Origin: an uncultured Oligoflexus sp.
Lineage (GTDB): Bacteria > Bdellovibrionota_B > Oligoflexia > Oligoflexales > Oligoflexaceae
Direction of reading: 5' to 3'
Length of the DNA stretch: 36,585 nt
NCBI GenBank assembly: GCA_964236955.1
Contig: CAXSGP010000045.1
Location: 1 to 36,585 of the forward strand
Shown here piece by piece: positions 18,916-27,700 of the stretch (the stretch's first letter is position 1; every line of letters begins with the position of its first letter). The notes under the pieces are model-generated. The model saw nothing but the letters and a program-made list of their open reading frames with translations, was not told the origin of the DNA and searched no databases. A program made the translations under genes and the position numbers.

Positions 18916-21003
18916 CTAAATTTTTAAAGTCGCCGATTCAAAAATTCCAAGCAAGGCTACCGTTGCCGTCGGCTTTTGGTGATCATGGGATGCTGACGAC
19001 AGGAGATCCCGAGCTTCAAAGCGAGCGGCCTGGGGTGCCTTTAATATCAGTTCGCTGCCAGTCGCGATGGCATTTTCAAGACGGTGGTGGAGCGATAAAG
19101 CCCGTTTATGCACCTTGCTCTCGGTATAGGTGATCGCTTTTTCCAAGGCCTCTTTGCCGTTTTCAATTTCTTTGCGACGCAGAAAAGCCAGAGAGAGGTT
19201 GTAGAGCAATACTGATTTCAATTCCCCCTCGCTGTCATTTAGGGATTTCAAAGCGTTTTGGTAAAGGATCAGAGCCTGGTCGAAGCGTCCTTCCCTGATT
19301 TTCAAAACGGCTTCATTGTTCGTCTTGGTAATGAATTCCCGTTTATTTACTGATTTATCGGCCAACAATTCCTTTGTGCCCTTGATGTCGTTGTTCAAAA
19401 GCTTTAATTTCAGGCCGGCATTGATCACCAGTTCGCTTGACGCATCGAGAGCCTTGGCATCTTCGAGATGGGTAAGTGCGACTTTAAAATCACCGAGGGA
19501 TGCCCTGATCTCCAGGAGACTCAGGTGAATCGTCAGATTCTGTGGCGATTTTCGTTTAGCGTTTTCCAAAAGCTTGATGGCAAGTTCGCCTTCATTGAGT
19601 TTGAACAAGACCTTGGAAAGCAAAATGAGTTTGCCAATGTTCGGTTTGATACTTCCCAGCTGCTCCTCTTCCTCCTTCGCGGCCTTTACCGCCTTGAGGA
19701 GAACGGCCTTGGCCTTTAGGTATTCCTTTTCATAAAAGTAGATCATGCCCTCTATATAGCACTTTCTACTGAGCAGAACGTCCTTGCTGCTAAAATGCTT
19801 TTTCTTGAGAAATTTCGCGAATGTTAAATCACCCTTTTCCAGGGATTGCACGATTTTTTCTTCGATTGATTTTCTTTCGGTCGGCGTGCGAATCTGTTGT
19901 AGAGAATAGGCGGTCGCCATCAAAGCATGCTCTTCGCGCATGGGTTTGGTAATGATCTGACTGATATGCATATCGGCCAGAAGCTGAGCCTCGGGTTCCG
20001 TCATCTTTCCAACGGCGATAATGATGGGGATCTCAGTCAATCCAATTCCCCTTAACCTCTGGACAAATTGAGACCCGCTGAGATCAGAGCCCCGCTTGGC
20101 CCAATCGCAGATAATCAAGTCAGGCTTATCGGCTTTTGTTTTCGATAAAAGCTCGGAGAAACTGCCCAGCTCGATTGGATCCTGAATGCCAATTTTGCCT
20201 AAGACGCCACGCAGAATCTTGCGCTCAGTTTCATCGCCTTCTTTAAGATAGACCTTGGAAAAACCAAGTTTGTCAGCTAGCGAGCCACCTTTTTGAAGCA
20301 GCGCTCCCGGGTATTTCGCCTGCAGGGCATCGATGTGTTTATCCAGTGACTCGATCGAATACTGGCGAGCCTGATCCATTAACTCTCTTCCGCTTTTGAA
20401 ATCGCCGGTGAGAAATAAGGCTTCCACCACTCGAATTGTGTAGTCGAGCTTTTCTGGGAAAAGCTTCAGCAGTGATTTTTCAAGAGTCAGCAGATCGTCA
20501 TAAACAAAATATTTCTTTAGATAGTTGCGGAGAAAAAATGCGGCCATTTCCGCTTCGGGCTTGGCCTTAAACATCTCTACCCTGGCGAGAAAATCCGTGA
20601 CGATCTCATGAGCCCGGCTCAGTTCAGATGCCGGCGGCAGTGCCGGTACCCAGAGCAAAGCGCCGAGCGAGAAAAATTTCGGGATATAAGCCAAGGCATT
20701 TTTATCAACGAGCAGGGCGACGCGCGGTAACACGCTTTGGTCTTCACTGTCGTAGATCGACCTAAGAACCATCTCAGCTCGGTCTATGGCAGAGACCTCA
20801 AGCTCTAAAAATAGGAAATGATCCTTTTCCAGCTCCTGGTCTTTAAGATAGACGACGGCATTTCGATAAGTCTTGACCTTAAGGAATCCGGCATCGAGAA
20901 ATGATTTGACCAAAAGACCCCTTTCCTTGAGGGCCGGGGCCAAAAAAACGATAGTCGCCGTCCTATCCATAACTTTCGCTAAAAGCAATTCAAGATCTGC
21001 CAT
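18916..21003 (-). CDS. Response-regulator receiver domain plus TPR repeat protein
   Basis: Central REC domain (PDLIICDW...PIIIAVG...IITKPM), a degenerate REC-like N-terminus and several TPR-like helices (NNEAVLKIREGRFDQALILYQNAL, YNLSLAFLR). AGAGGA RBS before ATG 21003. Confidence 0.8.
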   Translation of the reverse strand: MADLELLLAKVMDRTATIVFLAPALKERGLLVKSFLDAGFLKVKTYRNAVVYLKDQELEKDHFLFLELEVSAIDRAEMVLRSIYDSEDQSVLPRVALLVDKNALAYIPKFFSLGALLWVPALPPASELSRAHEIVTDFLARVEMFKAKPEAEMAAFFLRNYLKKYFVYDDLLTLEKSLLKLFPEKLDYTIRVVEALFLTGDFKSGRELMDQARQYSIESLDKHIDALQAKYPGALLQKGGSLADKLGFSKVYLKEGDETERKILRGVLGKIGIQDPIELGSFSELLSKTKADKPDLIICDWAKRGSDLSGSQFVQRLRGIGLTEIPIIIAVGKMTEPEAQLLADMHISQIITKPMREEHALMATAYSLQQIRTPTERKSIEEKIVQSLEKGDLTFAKFLKKKHFSSKDVLLSRKCYIEGMIYFYEKEYLKAKAVLLKAVKAAKEEEEQLGSIKPNIGKLILLSKVLFKLNEGELAIKLLENAKRKSPQNLTIHLSLLEIRASLGDFKVALTHLEDAKALDASSELVINAGLKLKLLNNDIKGTKELLADKSVNKREFITKTNNEAVLKIREGRFDQALILYQNALKSLNDSEGELKSVLLYNLSLAFLRRKEIENGKEALEKAITYTESKVHKRALSLHHRLENAIATGSELILKAPQAARFEARDLLSSASHDHQKPTATVALLGIFESATLKI

Positions 21004-21005
21004 CT

Positions 21006-21374
21006 TTAATCCTCTACGATGCAACCGCTTTCTTTCAGAATCAATTCCAGCATATTAATAGGTGGAGCTTGCTTGGCCAAAACAAAACCCGTCCGCCAAA
21101 GATCCATAAACCCTTCATGAGAAAGGGCCTGGCTGGAGTGTACGGCCTTGAGCAAAACCTCCTGCTGGCTTTCCAAAAATACTATTTTATAGCTCCCGCC
21201 GACTTTGATTTCGCTCTTACAAAGCAATCCTATTCCCTTGATGCAGACGTCTACCGGAAGGAATTCGATATCGGCCTTTTCATCGAATTCGCATGGCAGG
21301 AGACGGCATTGCATATCGCCAAGGACGGCAAAGCGAAAATCGACTCGGAGTTCTTTGCTTCCCTTTCTACTCAT
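21006..21374 (-). CDS. PilZ-like domain protein (candidate c-di-GMP receptor)
   Basis: RVDFR (RxxxR) and DVCIKG (DxSxxG-like) motifs; WRTGFVL C-terminal strand. AAGGA RBS before ATG 21374; an alternative start at 21416. Confidence 0.65.
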   Translation of the reverse strand: MSRKGSKELRVDFRFAVLGDMQCRLLPCEFDEKADIEFLPVDVCIKGIGLLCKSEIKVGGSYKIVFLESQQEVLLKAVHSSQALSHEGFMDLWRTGFVLAKQAPPINMLELILKESGCIVED

Positions 21375-21884
21375 ATCAGCTTTCCTTCTTGCGTTTCCCA
21401 TGGCGTATGAAGACATTGCGATGACCTTTGAGAGCGGGCTCAGCCGCTTGCCTTTAAGCGGAAAGGCACGACTTAATTTGGGTGCTCGTCCCAGAGCTGC
21501 GCTTTAGGGTCTTGCATGACCAAGACCGGCACCAGGGGTGAGGACCCAGCAAATGTCGGTCTTGATCTGAAATATTAGCATAGGTTTTCAGGATTCCCGC
21601 TCATCCTCCGCTTGACCAACTGTTTTATTAGAGGCTTGCCCACTTCTCTGTTCCCTTCCCAGTCGTCAGGAGCTGAATTGAGTGCAGCAGCCTTCCTTAG
21701 AGCCCCTGGCATAATTGAGTTTAATAAGAAATAAAAAGAATTTTATGGAAAGCTCGAAGCGGAATGAGGGGGGCCTTGGCGGCTGACTCTTTGTCCAGCA
21801 GCTTCGGGAGCGCTTGAGATGCGCAAGATCCCGCGATTATCGAGCCGTTGGTCTCGGTCATCGGCGATGATCAGGAACTCTTTT

Positions 21885-22115
21885 TCAATACCGGACTGCC
21901 GAGGGCCGCTCAAAATCGCCAAGAGGTTGCAGGCCACCGACCCGGGGGATCATGTCAACAAACTTGATCTTATTCTTTTTTTGTTGAATTGGGGCAATCG
22001 CCTTAGCAAAGTCCTGAATCACATTATTGCTCTGATACTTCGCTGGCAAGTCCATGAAGATATCGTTGATAGCGATATCGGTAGCCTGCAGATCATTCTT
22101 GACTGTCGGTTCCAT
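21885..22115 (-). CDS. Small hypothetical protein or gene remnant
   Basis: 76-aa ORF with protein-like composition. The frame stays open 18 codons upstream to a TAG. No recognisable motif. Confidence 0.3.
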   Translation of the reverse strand: MEPTVKNDLQATDIAINDIFMDLPAKYQSNNVIQDFAKAIAPIQQKKNKIKFVDMIPRVGGLQPLGDFERPSAVRY

Positions 22116-22211
22116 CGGGGTTTGGAGATTATTCCGCTCCTGCCGGCGAAACCGGTCCAGCTCAGATTCCTAATCCCCCGGATTGGGCAGGTCACCCGAG
22201 CGGCAAAGAAA

Positions 22212-23192
22212 TCAATTCAAGAGAAGGCCATTTAGACTTTCGGAAGTTTCGATTGCGGTGGTCGAAAGGCGCTCAGACTCGGCTGCCAGAAAAGCCTGAA
22301 ATTCTTCGATTTCAGTTCTTTTTTCATTGGATTTGGCATTGACGGAAAGCGTGATCTTCCGAATGCTTTCGAGGCAAAAATCTTCGGTCGAACCCGAGGC
22401 GCAATTGGCAGCTGATCTAAGGCTGCCATGGATTGCTTCGGCCAGCTGGAAAAGTTCCAGAATTTGCGCTTCGGTTTGCGAGATTAGGTCTTGCGCCGCT
22501 TGAATTTTGTCGCTTAAGGGTGAAGGGTCGTGCTCTAGAAGCAGCGCGTCAGCTTCCAGGGCCTGCTTGTGCATATCAAGTTTTGTGATCATGAGGTCAA
22601 GTGTTTCAGGCGCCGTATTGAGAGCGTTCCATCGAGAGGTCAGTGCAGCTGTTTCTTCAAGGGCCGCAGCCAGGGTGTCAATGGTAAGAAATTCCTCCTT
22701 CAGTTGATCGGATAAGCGGCTCAGAGCGGTCAAGCTAGGACGCGTGATGGGCGGGGACACTTCGAGCCTACAGGTTTTATACAGAGCACTTTCACTGCCT
22801 ATGAGGGGCGTAATTACATAAGTTAAATGAGGGAGGGCATCGGCAGTCGTTGTGTACTCTAGAGTTTCAGCTGTCGTATTCTTGGACACTCGATAACTAT
22901 AATGAGTCGAGCCAATGCGAAGATTGACAGTTTGACTCTCGGGATTGGACTGGCAATTGAATTTCATGACCAGAGAAAGGGTAACAGTAAGCGAAGCCAG
23001 ACTTTTAGGAAGATTGCTGGAAAGTGGATCGACAGGAATTGCAAAGGATCGGGGTCGGCACGAGTTAACATGGTCTTCGACATCGGAACCGCAAAATTCC
23101 GGACTTTGCGCGAAAATGTTTTCAGCCTGAAGTGCCGGCGCTCTATTGAGGACCAAAAGGCCAAATAGAATCGGCAAGTAGATAGTTTTCAT
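22212..23192 (-). CDS. Secreted hypothetical protein: Cys-containing beta domain plus long helical/coiled-coil C-terminus
   Basis: Signal peptide MKTIYLPILFGLLVLNRAPALQA after a GAGG RBS. Six Cys residues. Heptad-like Leu/Glu/Ala-rich C-terminal half. Confidence 0.7.
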   Translation of the reverse strand: MKTIYLPILFGLLVLNRAPALQAENIFAQSPEFCGSDVEDHVNSCRPRSFAIPVDPLSSNLPKSLASLTVTLSLVMKFNCQSNPESQTVNLRIGSTHYSYRVSKNTTAETLEYTTTADALPHLTYVITPLIGSESALYKTCRLEVSPPITRPSLTALSRLSDQLKEEFLTIDTLAAALEETAALTSRWNALNTAPETLDLMITKLDMHKQALEADALLLEHDPSPLSDKIQAAQDLISQTEAQILELFQLAEAIHGSLRSAANCASGSTEDFCLESIRKITLSVNAKSNEKRTEIEEFQAFLAAESERLSTTAIETSESLNGLLLN

Positions 23193-23281
23193 GGGAGCCT
23201 CAACACAACAGATAGAAGCAGCTTGGAATAGCGACAATGAGCCTCTTTGCAAGTACCAGGCCGCTCTTAGAATCAGCGGTT

Positions 23282-23312
23282 TCAAGGGAAGGCTTCAGAC
23301 CTTCCCCCTTGA
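23282..23312. other. Hairpin (inverted repeat) in divergent intergenic region
   Basis: TCAAGGGAAGG-cttcaga-CCTTCCCCCTTGA with a 2-nt bulge and no clear U-tract. Confidence 0.4.
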
Positions 23313-23753
23313 GCCCTGAAAGTCAAAGCTCTTTACCTTCGAGGATCGCATGGGCACGCTCGTCAGCCTCGGCCGCTACCGCCATGAAGGCCTAACGTGC
23401 TGATTGTTTGTTCGAGACAACGATTCCCCATTTGAAAGCTGTGCTTCAAAGCCGAACTTGATTCCGATCTATGGACAGAAAAAAATGACTATACCTGTGA
23501 CCCCGCTCGCCCCTGACTTAATACTCCATTTTGACTGTCTTGACCGAATCACTCTCTAGGCCCAACGATAATAGGCTGAGGCACTGCATGGGCTTGCGCG
23601 CGTTTAAAGATCGCTTTTCGTGTTGATAAGGCAGCCAAGAGCAGAGGTATGGGATTGGATGGGACATATCCCATCAAGCACTCATCACCACCCCTCGAAG
23701 GCCAAATTCCAGTGATGTAAAAATCATCATTAAGATTGAGGAGTGATTGCAGA

Positions 23754-24671
23754 ATGAAAGCAGCGAGACAATTGAGAATCGAAACCGGGCGGCTCATCAT
23801 TCGTCCGTGGACCAAAGATGACTTGGAAATCTATAGGACAATGGCCAACGATATAGGTTTCACCGCCTTTAGCCTGCCTGGGCAATTTTTCACTAAAAAT
23901 GACGAAGAAATCTTAAAAAGGATTCACCAGCGCATCAGCCTCTTCGATACTACGGGCCTTGGAAAATTTATCCTTGAGGACAGCGCGACCCTGGAATTTA
24001 TTGGGACCTGTGGAATGGAGCCATACTCGCTGATGGACATGGACATCGTCGAGCTTGCCTATCGGCTGCGACTGAAATATTGGGGCAAAGGCCTTGCAAC
24101 GGAAGCCGCTGCCGCCGTCATTAAATATGGTTTGAAAGAATTAAATCTCCCCAAGATTCATGCTTTTTCACTGCCTCAAAACGCTGGTTCCATTAAGGTT
24201 ATCGGCAAGCTCGGATTCAATTTCGCGGGCGAGTTCTATCATGCCGGGCATCTCCACTGCCTTTATTTGTATGGGCAGGGGGCTAAAGAAAAAGCGAAAC
24301 CTAGTATAGTATCGCTCCATCACGGCCAGGTGAGTATTCCAATGGGCAGCGAGGCTAAGGTTCGAGAGTTTTACTGCAATTTTCTTGGACTCCATGAAGT
24401 GCAAAAACCTGAGTCACTAAAAGGTCGAGGCGGATTGTGGCTTCAGCTTGGCGACCAGCAGATTCACTTCGGTGCAGAAGATGTGGTGGATCGCCTCGCC
24501 AGCACATTTCATTTAGGCTATTTGGTGACCCATTTAAATAAATGGAAAGAAAAACTCATCCAGGCTGGCATCGAACCTTTGGAAGGCATTCCCATTCCTG
24601 GATATGAGCGAATTGAGTTTCGAGATCCATTTGAGAATCGAATTGAGTTTCTAGAGAAGCAGGTGGATTGA
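23754..24671 (+). CDS. RimJ/RimL-type GNAT acetyltransferase fused to a VOC/glyoxalase domain
   Basis: GNAT part: IETGRLIIRPW, ELAYRLRLKYWGKGLATEAA, NAGSIKVIGKLGF. VOC part: LHHGQVSIP, FYCNFLGL, QIHF, FHLGY, FRDPFENRIEF. GAGGAG RBS before ATG 23754. Confidence 0.88.
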   Translation: MKAARQLRIETGRLIIRPWTKDDLEIYRTMANDIGFTAFSLPGQFFTKNDEEILKRIHQRISLFDTTGLGKFILEDSATLEFIGTCGMEPYSLMDMDIVELAYRLRLKYWGKGLATEAAAAVIKYGLKELNLPKIHAFSLPQNAGSIKVIGKLGFNFAGEFYHAGHLHCLYLYGQGAKEKAKPSIVSLHHGQVSIPMGSEAKVREFYCNFLGLHEVQKPESLKGRGGLWLQLGDQQIHFGAEDVVDRLASTFHLGYLVTHLNKWKEKLIQAGIEPLEGIPIPGYERIEFRDPFENRIEFLEKQVD

Positions 24672-24773
24672 AACGGCCACCATCCTGTTGCCAACAAGCA
24701 AGTGCTTAAGTTCAACGACGTTGCAGTTGAACTTAAGCAGCTCGCGGGTTAGGTCAGGCAGCCTGCCGGTTCT

Positions 24774-27700
24774 TCAGGCCGATAGCTGCGAGACTTTTTT
24801 ATCCTGGTCTTCCAAGATTAGCGCAGCCGGCAAAGAAATCACGAATTTAAAGGGCGTGAAAGACAGGCCCTGGGTCATGGGGTCCAATTCGATGCGGATG
24901 TCTGATCCCTGTTCTTTGAGAAACACGCGCACCGCATCCATCCCAACCCCTCGCCCTGAAGTCTGCGTGACGACTTCCGCAGTGGAAAGGCCGGAATGGA
25001 AAATGAGTGCCGCGACGGTTTCACGGGGCGTGTTGTTAAGCGCGGGGAGCAGACCGTTAAGCACACCCTTTTCATAGAGTTTATGCAAAGCGAGTCCCCG
25101 GCCGTCATCGCTGATCAGCAGTTCAAATACGGGGCCACGTCGCCGATATTCAAAGGCGATCGTCCCGCGTTCCGGTTTCCCCAGCCGCAGTCGGTCTTCG
25201 GGCATTTCAATGCCATGATCCATGCAGTTTCTAGCTATATGCATAAAGGATAGGTTCAAGGCCTCTGATAACTTAGAGTCGAAATACAGAGCCTCATCTA
25301 CATTTGCGATCCTAGGCATTGGCTTGTGAAGATCGTTCACCAGTGAAGCCAGCGTATCGAGCGTTTCGCATACCAGCTCCTGGAAAGAAACATAGCTGAT
25401 GATTTTCAGTTCGTCGCGCAAATGACTCAGTTCCGGTGACGGTTGGCTCTCGGCCAGGCCTTCGACTTTTCTAAGCAAACTCGTAATCATTTGCTTTTCG
25501 ATAATTAAAGACCCAGCCGGAACATTGGTTCGTTCCTTGCCTCGCCCGGATAGCTTACTCTCGTTGATTTCTACATATCGAATAAGCGCATGTTCGACCA
25601 GTTCGAGGTTCTGAAGCTGCTGTGCGACATTCCATTCTGCCTCTGTGTTTTTACGAAGCTGCGCGTAGACCTGTTCCGCAGTATGAGCGGCATCGGTAAT
25701 CATTGTGAAGTCCAGGGCGCGGGAATTGCCTTTGATTGTATGCAAATGGCGAAATAAGCCGGCGACAAGCTCACTTTCATAGCAGGAGGCATGGACGATC
25801 AAATTCCGGATCTCACTCAGGTGCCTTTGGGCAGAGCTAATGAACCCATCAAATCTTTCCGGCGAAAGATTTATAATACGCGAAATGATTTCAAGCTCTT
25901 CTTTTTGCTTTGCCGATTCCGACTCAAGGGCCCGGAGCTTACTTACGTCCTGCGCCGTAAAGAGAACCTTTTCGACGATTCCCGCGTCATTCTTGATTTC
26001 GTTCCAGTTCATTTGAATGGTTTTGTGCTCACCATCTTCGGCCACGAAGACCATCTCGCGCGTTAAAAGATGCGAGTTGGTTTCAAAACTCAATGAATCC
26101 TCACCGATGATCATGTCCAGAGCGGAAGTGACTTGATCCACCTTATCTACCCCGAGGGTGGAGTTCTTAAAGATGGTGTCGAGAATGCCCTTCCCAGCGA
26201 AGTCGGAGGATTCGAAAATCGTACACATAAAGTCAGAGTATTCGTGGTGAATACGATTGCCGGTAATCACCGTGCAAACTCCCAGATCCATGTTCTGGAG
26301 CATAGCATCGAGGTCGCTCGTCTTTTGGTTTAATGCTAAGGTCCGTTGCTTCACAAGTTCTTCCAAGTGCTCCTTGTGTCCCGTCACTTCTTGATAAAGA
26401 CGGGCGTTTTCCACAGAGATAGCCGCTTGCGAGCACAGCATTTCCAATACAATCATCCGATCGGCCGTAAAAGCCCCTGGAATAAGATGATTTTCGAGGT
26501 AGAGGACGCCGACGAGATGGCCGTGCTTAATCATCGGCAAAAAGAGCACTGATTTTGCCTGCTTTTTCTGGATATAGTCATCAAACACGAAAGAGGTCGA
26601 CGCTAGGGCGTCGTCTATAAGTATTTTTTCCTTGGATCGCGTGACATAATGGAAAATTGATTCTGGAAGTTCGGTCGAGGTGAGCGGAGTCTCTCTCAGT
26701 TTAACTTCAATATGCTGGCCGGTCGTGGCTTCAGCCACTATTTTGAAAGTCTCTCCTTCCGAAAGGATCAAAAGGCCCCGCACGGCGCCGGCGTTTTCGA
26801 TCACTATTGTCATGAGACGGTCGATCACTTTATTGAGATCCATTTCCTTCGAAATCGCCTGGGATGCCATAATCACTGTCATCACGTCGATGTCCGCACC
26901 GGAGGCTTCGCTGTCGTATTGCTTGTTGCGGCGTATAAACGGAATCAAGCGCGGATAGATGTGCTCAAGCTGTTTTGCTTTTGCGTTGGCACCCCAGCGA
27001 AGGTAGCACGCACGGGATTCGGCAAGGTAGCTGTAACCGATGAACTCAAAGCCATTGGTAAGATAAAACTGGGCCGCCAACTCCGTCGCAAGGGCTTCAT
27101 TTTGCAGAAAACCGTTCTTATGCGCAGAATGGATCGCTTCGTCATAGGCTCGAATAGCATCTGGTACCCGCCCCTCCAAGGCAGCGATTTCGGCGTTCAA
27201 CAAAGTGAGTCGGTTGTGGTAATTCTCAGGGCAACCCTCTGCCATCAATTGCAGCTTTTGCAAAGGACCGTTCAATGCTTCGAGAGTTTGCTGCAGGCTC
27301 TTGTTCCCCGATTTTCGTTGCAGGGCGATCAGAGTCAAAGCGTGGTAGAAAAAGAACGATGTGACCATGAGAGTGCCAGGTGCCATCATCTGCACCCCCG
27401 CCAGGCCAAATTCCTTGGCCTCTTCATAGTGACCGAAGAGGAATGCCACCTGCTGCTTGAAAATGTTATAGGCACCAATAGCCGGGACAAAGTTCATCCT
27501 TTTTATCAGTGCTAAGCGATCGACCTCTGACATTTCATTGTCGGGAGAGCTGGGGTTGGGTTCAGGGTCCCGAAGACTCAAGACGACTTGGCGATAGAGC
27601 CTTATCCCATTGTAAATGGGCTCATTTCGGATGCCTTTGATAAATACCAGATACCGTTCTGAAAATTGCAGACATTCTTCGAGGGAACTGCCCTTCATGT

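Noticed and set aside
21660..21700. GGAGCTGAATTGAGTGCAGCAGCC resembling the 3' end of a c-di-GMP-II riboswitch
   Set aside because: Lacks the upstream GGGCAC pseudoknot partner and is on the wrong strand for the PilZ gene.
26712..27515. 267-aa antisense ORF within the hybrid kinase
   Set aside because: Fully overlaps a well-supported gene on the opposite strand; no recognisable features.
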